Below are positions 36,965-48,102 of a DNA stretch of 64,000 bases, piece after piece. The notes below the pieces were generated by a model that was not told the DNA's origin, searched no databases, and worked only from the letters and a program-made list of their open reading frames with translations. Each line of letters starts with the position of its first letter. The stretch's first letter is position 1. The DNA lies in contig JAYWIR010000115.1 of the NCBI GenBank assembly GCA_036172245.1, positions 1-64,000 on the forward strand, written 5' to 3'. This DNA comes from Raillietiella orientalis (lineage: Eukaryota). A program made the position numbers and the translations under genes.

Positions 36965-38427
36965 GCGTCGTCGTAGAGCGGATTCCTGCCATCGACGAAT
37001 ACGGCGCTAAAGAACTCGCTGCTGCCCCTGCTCAACCCTCCGTTGACAAAGTAAACAAGGAGGGGAGCGAGGCGGCAGCGTCCGTCATCGAGCCCACGCT
37101 CGATGACGTCCCCTTCGAGTGCGCCGCGGAGGAGCTGGCTGCCTCGTTGCAGCCGGTTGCCCCCAAGGCTGGCAACAAGGCCGTCAGGCGTTTGGCTTCC
37201 CCTCAGGAGTCGGCCACTTCCGACCCCGAGGTGAAGGACGGAAACACAGCATCCATCTCCTCGGCACCCTGCAAAAAGGCAGGACGAAAGTCCACAATGC
37301 CCCGGAAGATCGACTTCCCCGACGAAGGGGAAGAGATAACTTCCGGCTGCGAGGGTGCGATGAGCGTGGAAAACTCCCGGGACCCGTCGCCCGAGAGAAT
37401 CCCAAGTTCCGGCACGGACGAGATGGAGGGTGAGAAGGCCGAACAGGTGCCTTTGGTGCCTGAAGAGGCCGTCGTCCCCATGGACATCACGAACACCTGC
37501 CCCGCGGAAGGAGGTGCAGCGCCATCTTCCCTGCAATAAAGCCGGAAATCGCCTCTTGTCGTCGTCTGCTCATGGCCTGCTGAAACGTCAACGGGCTAAG
37601 ATACGACGGCAAGAGGCGTGACGTGACCGCCACCCTGGCATCCTTCGACCTGGTGCTGCTGCAGGAGATCCACGTGATCTCCGCAGATCAAGCCAGGGAG
37701 ATCGAACGGATCTCGGGTGTTCCGCTGCTGTTGCGTTGCGGTACCGCGAAATCTAACGGTGTCGCCTTGCTGCTCCGACCAGAAATCGAGGCCGCAATAA
37801 TGGACCTACGGTTTGATGATGCCGGTCGCGTCGGTCAGCTGACTCTCAGCTGGTCCGACTCAATCGACCAGGTCGTCACCAACCTGTACGCTCTTAGCGG
37901 TAAGGACGCGTCGAGGGCGAAGGCAAGAAGAGAATTCTACCTTGCCCACGGACGCGATTGGCTGATCGAAGCAAGTGTTTGCAAAGCGCACCTGATCGCA
38001 GGTGACTTCAACCTGCGCCTGCTTTCAGGTGCGCCGGATACACTGAACGACCGCGACAACGAGTTGTGCGCGCAAATGCGCACGTGGAACGTGCTGGCCG
38101 GAGATACGGACATGGAACGGAGCATCGATCACGTGTACCTTGACCAGCACCTTTGCTCTCGCGTGGGCAGGCGCGGCAAGTTACCGTCCGAGCTGTCGGA
38201 CCATGGCCGAATCGTGTTCGAAGTGCATCCGCGCGACAAATGCCCCCTCTCGTCAGCGTGGCGTCTGCCAGGGGACTGGCTGAAGTTCACGGACGCGGCA
38301 GAACATCTTCGCGCTTTCATACGGAACTTCAGGATGCGGACGCTTCAGGACTGGGACCGCTTCTAGCGGTCGGTCCAGGAGTTCTGCCACCGGTTCCCTT
38401 TGCATCGCCTACCTGCGGGATTTGGGG
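36965..38427 (+). mobile_element. Subfamily B element, continuation (ORF1 C-half, EN, linker up to GFG)
   Basis: Resumes at TSD GCGTCGTCGT; colinear with the uninterrupted paralogue at 59270-60620 (minus); EN ORF 37623-38366; ends GGATTTGGGG. Confidence 0.9.
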
Positions 38428-40249
38428 TTGTCACCCGGGTACGCCCGGAGCGTTTATTGAAAAAACTCTGCATAAACGTGGTTCTAGGCCCCACTAACGG
38501 CCACACAACGTCGGACCTACCGGGACGCCGGGACGCAGCCCGGCGTGACGCTCCTCGGCAGTGGAGGGGCATAGGGATCAAAACAAAAAGAAAAATAAAG
38601 ATATGAAAAGAAAAACAAAAAGAGTTTGGAGGGAGGGGAAGGGATCATAATCCACTGGGAGGAGGGCCCATGCTTCGCAGGATGCCCTCCAGGTCCATCT
38701 TCATGCTTCCCAGATGGGCCCATCTCGCAGCTCTCCGCATGAAGCAGACCGCATACGGGATGACATCCCTCGCGTTGGCATCCACTCCGTCGCGAATGTC
38801 GCTCCAGGCCGCCACGATGCCCCGGATGCAGCAGAGCGCTGCGAGGGCTGCGGCGGGCTGCAGGGCGTTTCGCACGAAGAGGGGCCGAAGAACGACACTG
38901 GGCGCGCTGCCCATTGGGAGCCCGAGGGTCGTCCCGAACCGTTCCTACAGGGGTCAGAGGGCAGCACAGTCTACTAACATGTGCGGAAGCGATTCCCGCT
39001 CTCCGCACCTGGCACACTCAGGCCTTACACTTCCCCGCGTTCAGTGGAAGCGACGCGCGTTGCAGGGTAGACCCCAGTGCAACAGCAGCAGCGGCGACTC
39101 TTGCCACTTCAGGGGGAGAAGCCTGGATCCGATTAATACTGGGGGCCACTTCAGGTCATCGGTCGGGATGCCCTTCAGCTCGCCCCAGCGACGAAGTCCA
39201 CGCGGGAGGGCACTCGGGGTCGTGGCATCTGCCAGTTCTCCCATGGTCCAACCGCTCATCTTCTTTTCCTTGCATGCGATTCGGCAAGAGACTTGCAACT
39301 TTTGCTTGCGTCCACTGGTTAAAGCCCGTTGTAGGAAACGCAGGGTCGAGGCTAGAGGGGTAGTCTCCGCCCACGTGCTCCTGGCGGGACACTCCAGACT
39401 AGTCCGCAGTGTGCAGCAGGCGTTCGGGCCGAATCGCAGGCGGTTCCACTCCGGGGAAGTCTGAAGGTTCAGCTTGGCCCACGTCGCAACGGATTGCTCC
39501 AGCCAGGCGGAAGAGTTGGCGGAGCTGCATACCGTCCAGCCGTTGTCTCTCACCAGGGCTTCCATGCGCCCAAGGAGAAGGCCGCATCTTCTGACCTTCC
39601 TGCCAGAGCACAGAAGGTACGACGCGAGTCCTTGCATCCTGAACACACGGCTGGCGAGGATGCGGGCGGAACGCCTTAAGGGGTGCTCCATGACTTTGCT
39701 GCGATGGCGAGGGTGCGCCATCGCAGCTATATGTCCAGGCGCTCCAGCGTCAGGAGGCCGAGACCGCCGTTCCGACGAGGAGCGCATAAGTCATCTAGAG
39801 ACACACGTGGCCTCCCGCTGCCCCAGAGTGCGATGCGTAGTAGGTCCTTGATCCTCCTTTTAATGTCACGGAGGACGGGGCAAACAAAAAGCAGGGGGCG
39901 GAGGATGGGAGCCGCGAACGCGTTCCACTCCGCGGCCCGTTCCGGCAGAAGGAACTTGCCTTCCAGGAACGGGCCGATTGCCAACTCTACCTTTTGGAGA
40001 CGACCTGACCAGGCTTCTGCGAGGCAGAAGTCCCCCAACGGGACACCCAGGTAATTCAGGTACCTGTCCGCGGGGATCCCCAAGCGGATCCAGTCAGGCC
40101 GTCCGACCCACGTCGCACCCACCGTTACGACCGACGACTTCGCCTTGTTTACCAGAAGTCCAGTCCCACGACTTAGCAGGTCGAATGAATCCTCGACTGC
40201 GGCTGCCGGGGCGGACTTGGGCAGCATGAGCAGGACTTGGGCAACATGA
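38428..40249 (-). mobile_element. 3' part of an element (from just after YADD to 3' end)
   Basis: LLMLPKSAP...YLGVPLGD; CARCGERESLPH; AATAAA + CCGGG-CGTA-CCCGG terminus at 38428-38458. Confidence 0.9.
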
Positions 40250-43200
40250 ACGTCGCCTATAGAGAAGGTAAAGTGCCAGAAGGCGGCGGCAACGTCGCCT
40301 TCAGTGGCGAAGGAGGTGGGGGCGTTCGCCCTCACAAAACCGGTCCCCGCTGCAGCGCGGGCGGGGAGCACCGTCGTGTCGGCGCCATCGCCTGCAGCCG
40401 CGGCGAAATTATCTGCCTATGTGGAAGAGGGGTATAACCCATCACTGTTCTACAAGGAAGGAAATTTGTATTCTTCTGTGAGTACGCGCGCCTTTTGAAA
40501 GGGGATGCGCGCTCTCGATGTTAAAGAAGAAGAGCTATGCGCTATGACCATTCGTAGCGGGGTGCAGTACGTAGAGGTGATCTGCACACATGCAGACCTG
40601 GCCCAACGTCTGCATAAAAGCTCCGTGGTAATAAAGACACGCAGGCTCCTTTCCGTTACGGCGGACCACAGTATGGTGGTCCACCTTTTAGGAGTTACCG
40701 CACGGATGCGGAAAGAACAGTTAAGCGCCGCGTTGGGAAAAGAAGGCACGGTCCATGCAGTATGGACCAAGTCTAGTCCATTCGAGGACTATACCACAGT
40801 TCAGTGCGGCCTCACAGCTGCCCGTGTAACCGTTTAAGAGAGCTCTACCCTTCCCCACAAACTGGTGGTCGGCGGAGAAAGCGTCGACCTCTGGTACGTG
40901 GGGAAGCCCAAATACTGTGGCTTCTGCAACACGTCGGGACACCTGTAAAGGAGGTGCCCCAACGTACAGTGCCTGGTATGCGGCACAATGGGCCACACGG
41001 AGAAAGTATGTCCACAATCCGCTGTGCGCGTGGTTTCCGAGAGGAACCTTAAAACGCGTGCGCGACTGCTACAGAAAAAACTGGCGGCGAACGCTGCCGC
41101 TCAAGCTGTGCCACCCACTCCCGTGGTCCAGGCCTCAGCCGACACCCCGACAACGAATGCCGAAAAGATCCACAAAAGCGGTCAGGTGTCGAAATGGCAA
41201 GAAGCCACAGCGAAAAAGAGAAAGTGGAAGAAAGAACGACGAAATGAAAAAAAGCTCGCCTACCAAAATAAAAAACAGCAGGTTAGCAAGAATTTGAAAG
41301 AATGCAGCGTCGTCGTAGAACGCGTCCCCGCCGAACGCCGCAATGTAGAAATCGCTGCTACCGACGAGCAACCCACTGTTGAAAATCTCAACAGCGTCGG
41401 AAGCGAACCGGCGGAAGCGTCCGCCATCGTCACCGGGATCGACGCCGCCGCCTACGAGCGTGCGGCGAAGGAGCTGGCTACATCGTTGCAGCCAGATTCC
41501 TCCAAGGCAAAAAAAAGGCAGTTAGGCGTCCGGACTCCAGCGAGAATTCGATAACTTCCGACCCCGAAGCGCAGGCCGGAAACCAAGTTTCCATTTCCGC
41601 GGCACCCCGCCGGAAAGATGGAAAGAAGTCCAGCAAACCCCGGAAAGCCCCTCTCCAGGTCGAAGGCGTGGAGATCACTTCCGACTACGAGGGTGCCATG
41701 AGCGTGGGAGAATCCCGGAAATCATCACCCGAGAGACCACAACGCACAGACACGGAGGAGATAGAGGTTGTTGAAGCCAGAAAGGTACCCAAGGAGCCTG
41801 AGAAGGCTGGAACCCTAATGGTCATCTCACCCGCCTCGGAAAAGGCGGGTTCCCCCACACTGTCATCTTTCCGGCAGTAATGCCGCGAATCTCCTCCCGC
41901 CGTCGTCTGCGCATCGCAGTTTGGAACGTGAACGGCATGACAGACGCCGGCAGGAGACGTGACATGGCCGCGATTCTAGGATCGTTCAACCTTGTGCTGC
42001 TGCAGGAGATCCATGTGATCTCTGCAGAACAAGCGCAGGAGATCGAACGCATCTACGGAGTGCGGCTGTGGTATCGGTGTGGAACATCGAGAAGCTGTGG
42101 TGTCGCCTACCTGCTTCGGTCCGCCATCGAGGCCGCCGCCCGTGGAGTTCGGTTCGACGATCACGGTCGTGTCGGCCAGCTGACTCTCAGCTGGTCCGAC
42201 TCGATCGACCTGATCGTTACGAACGTTTACGCCCCAAGCTGAGCGGACCTGACGAACAGGAGGGCCAGGAAAGAATTTTTCCTTGCCCTCCATCGCGACT
42301 GGTTGACCGAGGCAGGCGTGCGGAATGCCCATCTGGTTGCAGGCGATTTTAAGGTTCGTCTGAAACCGGATGGGCCGAATCACGAGCGTGACCTGGTCAA
42401 CGAGGTGTGCGCGGCGGTGCACACTTGTAATTTGTTGGCCAGTGTACCAGGGATGGAGGACAACATCGATTACATGTTCCTTGACGAGCACCTGTTCACT
42501 CGTGTGGGCAGGCGCTGCAAGATGCCGTGCGAGTTGTCCGACCATCGACCAATCGTGATTGAAATCCATCCGTGCGACAGGGGCCCCCCCTGTCCAGCGT
42601 GGCGTTTGCCAGGGGACTGGCTGGAGCTCCCGGACGCGACGGAACATCTCCGCACGTTTATACGGAGCTTTAGGATGCAGACACTTCAGGATTAAGATTG
42701 CTTCAAACGGTCGGTACAGGAGTTCTGCGACCAGTTCTCTCGGCACCGCCTACCTGCGGGATTTGAGAACGGAGTACGTAACGAACGAGCCTATCTGCAG
42801 GCTCGCCGTTACGCCAGGCCCCCCGACATCCGCAGGCTGGCGCAATACAAAGCGGGAGCCGACACGCAAGCCTGGCAGTCAGGATCGGCCAGCTTGCTGG
42901 ACGATCAGGGCCAGGAGCATTCGGCATCCGTTCAGATCCGCAGTCTGCTGCAGCGTTTTTACTCCTCCCTGTACGCAAGAACGCCTTCCGAGCGGGATTT
43001 CTCACGAATCCTGCTTCCGGAAGGCGCTCCTGAGATCAAGGAAGAGGAGAAAAAGTCCCTCAAAGAGTCCTTCACGATGGGCGAGATCATCTAGGCCATC
43101 GGAAAGCTGAAGAGGCGAAAGGTTCCACAGGAGGACGGCCTGTCCGCGGAGTTTTATCAAACTTTCGCGGCTGAGCTAACCCCCTAGTACATCAACCCAC

Positions 43201-43340
43201 CTTGCTGACACGGGAGACAGGTCACGTTCCCTCGTCGTTTTGTTCGGCAAAGGTGCGGCTTCTCCCTAAGGGAGGAGATCTGAGAAGCATGAACAACTGG
43301 CGTCCCATCACATTAGTGAATGCGGACGCCAAGTTGATAG
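40250..43340 (+). mobile_element. Subfamily E element, 5' half (ORF1, EN, linker, RT start to VNADAKLI)
   Basis: ORF1 fragments 40304-41880; TAATG junction 41878-41882; EN 41880-42695; NWRPITLVNADAKLI at the end. Confidence 0.9.
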
Positions 43341-46252
43341 TTGCCACCCGGTCACGCCGGGGCGTTTATTAAAAATTCTCTTTGATTCATGGTACAAGGC
43401 CCCACTACGGCCAACTCAACTGGACCTTCCGGGTCGCCGCTACGCAGACCGGCGCGACTCTCCTCGGCAGCGGAAGGGGGTGGGGGAAAAAACAAAAAGA
43501 AAAATAAAACATAAAAACAAAAAGATTTGGGAGGGTTGGGGAGGGATCACTGACCACTGAGAGGAGGGTCCATCCTTCGCAGGATGCCCTCGAGGTCCGT
43601 CCGTATAATTCCCATGTGGGGCCATCTGGTCACAATTCGCAGGTAACGGACAGCAATTACGACGGCATCCCTGTCGTGGCTCTGTCTTCCGACGTTGCTC
43701 CAGCACGTCACAATCCGCGTACGATGCAAAGTGCAGCCAGGGCAGCGGCTGGACGCAGGGCATCATGCACGAACAGAAGCCGAAAAACGTCTCTGGGCTG
43801 GCTGCCCTCCTGGATCCGTAGGGAGGCACGAAGACGTTCCCACAGGGGTCGGAGGGCAGCACAATAAACAAGTTGGTGAGGGAGGGTTTCCCGTTCCCCA
43901 CACCTGATGCAGGTAGAATCTACACGACCCCTGGTCCAGTGGTGGCGGCGTGCGTTGCAGGGTAGACCCCAAAGCAACAACAGAAGCGCCGACTCCTGCC
44001 ACTTCAGGGGGAGGATCCTAGAACCAATTAATACCGGGGGCCACTTCAGGTCATCCGGCTGGATGCCGAGTAGCTCGCCTCATCTCTGCAGTCCTCTCGG
44101 CTGGACACTAGGGGTACTGGCGTCTGCCAGTTCACCCGTGGACCAGCCGCTGATCAACTTCTCCTTGCCTGCGATGCGGCAGGAGACTTGCCACCTAGGC
44201 TTGCGGCTGCTGGAGAGCGCCCTCCTCAGGAAGGGCATCGCCGTAGCTAGGGGGGTTGTCTCTGCCCACGTGCTTCTCGCGGGACACTGGAGTATCTTCC
44301 GCAGAGTGAAGCGGGAATAGGCGCCGCGTCGCAGGCAGTTCCACATCTCTTCATTCTTTTCATTAATCTTCGCCCACGTGCCAGCTGTCTCTTCCAGCCA
44401 TGCGGAGGAGTTGGCGGGGCTGCATACCTTCCAGCCGTTTTCCTTAGCCAGAGTTGCCATGCGTCCCAGGAGAAGTCCGCATCTCTTCATCTTCCTGCCA
44501 CGGCACAGAAGATAGGATGCGAGACCCTCCGTTCCGGATACACAGCTGGCAAGGAGTCGGGCCGGAACGCACCAAGGGGTGCTCCATAACTTCGCTGCGA
44601 TGGCGAGGGTTCGCCACCGCAGCTGAAGCTCTACTCGCTCCATCGTCAAGAGGCAGAGACCGCCATCCTGACGTGGAGCACACAAGTCCTTCAACGGGAT
44701 TCGGGGCCTCCCTCTTCCTTAAAGGGCAACTCTCAGCAGGTCCTTCGTCCGTTTTTTCAACTCTCTGGGGACGGGGCAAACAAAAAGCAGGAGGCGGAGG
44801 ATAGGAGCCGCGAACGCGTTCTATACCGCGGCCCGTTCCGGAAGGAGAAACTTGTCTTCCAAGAACGGGCCGATTGCCGTTTCCAATTTTTGGAGGCAGC
44901 CAGACCACGCTTCCGCAGAAGAGTAGTCCCCCAACGGCACACCAAGGTACTTCATGCACCTCGCCGTGAGGATCCCCAAGCGGACGCAGTCCTGCTGCCC
45001 AGCCCAAGCCGCACCAACTGGAACCACCGTCGACTTCGCCCTGTTCACCGTAAGTCCGGTCTTGCGGCTAAGCAGATCGAAGAAATCCCCGACCGCCTTC
45101 GCCGGGGTGGACATCGGCAACAGAAGCAAAAGATCGTAGGCGTATGCTGCTTCGGCGGGCGTGCCGGGGCACGAGCTAGACAAGGGGGCCAAAGTCTCCC
45201 TGTACGCTCTCAGCACCAACTCAAAGTGGGTGCTAAAGAGCAGGGGACTGAGCCTGTCGCCCTGCCGTATGCCGCGCCGTACCGGCACGCCGTACGCCAT
45301 TCGACCTCTGAAAGAGATATTGATCAGCGCGCTGCGCCAGCAAGAGCGCAGGTACGTCAGTAGGGAGGGAGGGAAGCCCATGCGACCCAGGAGCTCCAGC
45401 AGGAGATCCTGGTCCACGCAGTCAAACGCTTTGTGCAGATCGACTGCGATCGCTAGGGCTTCCTTCCCCACCTGGGAGTCCTGTCCCTGCCCGGCTGACG
45501 CCCCGAAAGCGAAGCTGCCAATCCTTGCCTCTTCCTTTTCTTGACTACTCTGCACATGAAACCATGTGCTCGCGAAGAAGAGGTTGGCCTCCATACTTCG
45601 CCCGGGAACAGCGTAAGTCTGCTACGGGCTAATTATGGAATTGGCCACCTGCCCCAGACGCGAAGCCCACAGTCCGGCGATCAACTTGGCGTCCGTGTTC
45701 ACAATTGTGATCGGACGTCAGTTGCTTAGTTTCCTGAGGTCTCCTCCTTTCGGAAGGAGCCTAACTCTGGCTGACCGAAACGAGGCGGGTACATCGCCTT
45801 CATCTCGGATCAGACTCAAGCACCAGGGGTGCCAACTCTGCCGCGAAGCATTGAAAAAACTCCGCAGGCAAGCCGTTCTCCCCTGGTGCTTTCCGCCTCT
45901 TGAGCCTTTTGATACCGGCGAGAATTTCGCAGGTGGTAAAAGGCTCGTCGAAGCTTTCCTTCTCCTCCTCCCCTATTGCCGAAGCACCGTTCGGAAGCAA
46001 GCGCCGAGAGGAATCTTGGTCCGGGGGCGCCCTAGCGTAAAGGGAGGAATAATATCGCCGCACGAGGTGCCGTATTCTAGCCGGAGCCGAGTGCTCCCGG
46101 CCCTGGTCGTCCAGCAAGCTGGCCGATCCGGATTGCCAGGCTTGACGTTCGGCCCCGGCTCGGTACTCTGCCAGGCGACGGACATTGGGGGTCCCCGGGT
46201 AACGACGGGCATACAGGTACGATCGTTCGTTACGGATCCCTTCCTTAACTCC
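43341..46252 (-). mobile_element. 3' half of an element (from GFGEG linker to 3' end)
   Basis: KAPGENG, DLHKAFD, GIRQGD, CIRCGERETLPH; AATAAA + CCCGG-CGTGA-CCGGG terminus at 43341-43370. Confidence 0.92.
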
Positions 46253-46260
46253 CTCTCCTC

Positions 46261-46280
46261 GAGAGCGGACGTGTTTTTCC
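46261..46280 (+). promoter_or_regulatory. Conserved 5'-end motif GAGYGGACGTGTTTT, candidate internal Pol II promoter element (representative copy)
   Basis: Recurs near 5' ends at about 78, 1610, 8109(-), 24821, 36956(-), 46267, 57634; resembles the RGACGTG downstream element of insect LINEs. Confidence 0.55.
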
Positions 46281-46354
46281 GGCGCTCCGCGAACGAGCAG
46301 CGGAAAGCGGTTTTTTTTGGTTCAGTGTGTGCTTTTTCACATCGTTGGTGTCCG

Positions 46355-48102
46355 ATGGCATCGCTGCCAGAGGACACCACGATGGAGGTAGGCGTGAGGG
46401 AGGCTAGCCCCCCCTTACTACCTACAGAATCAGGAGCATCCGCCCCAGAATCGCCCTCGTCGAAAAAGACGAGGAGCTGGAGCGCCATGGTCGCCGCGCC
46501 GAGCGCGGAAACCTTGGCTGAGCAAGCGGCCTACAGGGCCTCCGGATATAAACCATCCCTGGTTTATAAGGTAGGAAACCTGTTCGACGGTCGCACCGCG
46601 CGTGCCTTTAGCAAGGCACTACAGGAATTCCCCGTGCGTGAGGAGGATCTTGACGGCCTCGCCGTACTCAGCGGGGGGCAACGCGTGGAGGTCGTCTGCA
46701 AAGACGTAGCCCTAGCGCAGCGCCTCATCAACACCCCGCTGAATGTGGCTGGCCGAAAGATCCTACCCGTTAGCATGGACCGCTCCGTAGTGGTCCATCT
46801 AACGGGGATCACGAACCGCATGCGCTCTGCGGTGAACGCGGAATTGAAGAAATACGGAGATGTGCACGCGCTGTGGTCAAAGCCAACCATTTTTGACGGC
46901 TATAACAGCCTCTTTGGTGGCCACGCAGCAGCGCGTGTCACTGTGAACGAGGGTGCTGGGTTACCCCACAAACTGGAGGTCGGGAAGGAGCCCTTCGACC
47001 TCTGTTACGTGGGGAAACCCCGCTATTGTGGCTACTGCGATGCAGTAGGGCATGTGCGCAGGCGGTGCCCGAATATCCAGTGCCACTTGTGCGGGGAAAA
47101 GGGAAACGTCCGTTGTGTGTGCCCTAAACGCCCCACCCCGGTGCCACCGGCTGCCAAAAAGGCACAGGCGAAAAAGATGAATAAGGTCGAAAGACCTCAT
47201 CGCGAGAATGGCCGGCCCCAGCAGCCTTCTCCTCCTCCTACAACCCAGGCGGCGGCGGAAAAAACCGCGAAAGACGCGGGCGAGGAAGAAGGATGGACGC
47301 TGGTAAAGGCCAGAAAAGAAACTAAAAAGGGTTCACAAGAGAAGGCAAGAAAAAGTCGGTCGCGAAGGCGAAAAAACCTGGTCCGCGATCTAAAACTCTC
47401 CGCGAGTGCTCGGTAGCACTGGAGCGCATCAGCGTTCCCGAGGCTGCCACCCGGGGCGACGAGCCTCCCCTCGCCGTTTCCGCCGCGCCCGAGGTTCGCG
47501 ACGGCGAACCCTCTGTTTGCACAGAGGGTGACACGCGCGACACGCTCGCCGCCGGAGAGGACGCCGCCTTCGCGAAGGCGGCGGAGGAGCTCGCGGCCAC
47601 GCTGGCTGAGCGTGAGAACCCCTCACGCAAGGCCTTGCGAAGGCCGGCTCCGCCGAAGAAGGCCCCCGCAGGTGAGTGCGACCTGGGGTCCGGAAGTGCA
47701 TCCTCCTCCTCGGAGGCACCCCCCCGGAAGACGGGACGCAAGTCCCAAAAGCCGAGGAAGCGCCTCCCCTCCACGAGCGAGGAGGAGAAGCAGGAAGTCG
47801 CCGGCAGCGTGGGAATCCCGGAGGGGGAGCTCCCACTCGCGGAAGCCGTCGAGCAGGACACCCCCATGGAGGAGGGTGAGCAGGGGGGCGAAATCCCCCC
47901 TGCCGTCGCGGACCCTGAGGAGCCCACCTCTATGGAGGAGGGCCAGCAGGTAGGCGCGACCCCACCTGAGGGTGAACCGCCCGACGCGCCGTCACCGATG
48001 GAAGAAGTTGGCCAGGTGCTAGAGGCACCTGTCCCTCCTTCTCCACCAAGCGTCCCGCCCCAACAGGTGGTGGACGCCGCACAGCCGATTTCCCAGGAAT
48101 AA
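46355..48102 (+). pseudogene. Retrotransposon ORF1, frameshifted near 47340
   Basis: ATG 46355 (MASLPEDTT), SWSAMVA, CGYCDAVGHVRRRC; tail continues in the frame of ORF 47635-48102. Confidence 0.88.

Noticed and set aside
21804..46252. Alternating orientation explained by site-specific inversion or palindromic misassembly
   Set aside because: Opposed halves are non-identical copies, most junctions coincide with element termini, and one nest level has an exact TSD while another rejoins in frame.
45635..47416. 593-aa ORF as a novel protein
   Set aside because: The first 240 codons are the antisense of the host RT plus 5' UTR; the real ORF1 starts at ATG 46355.
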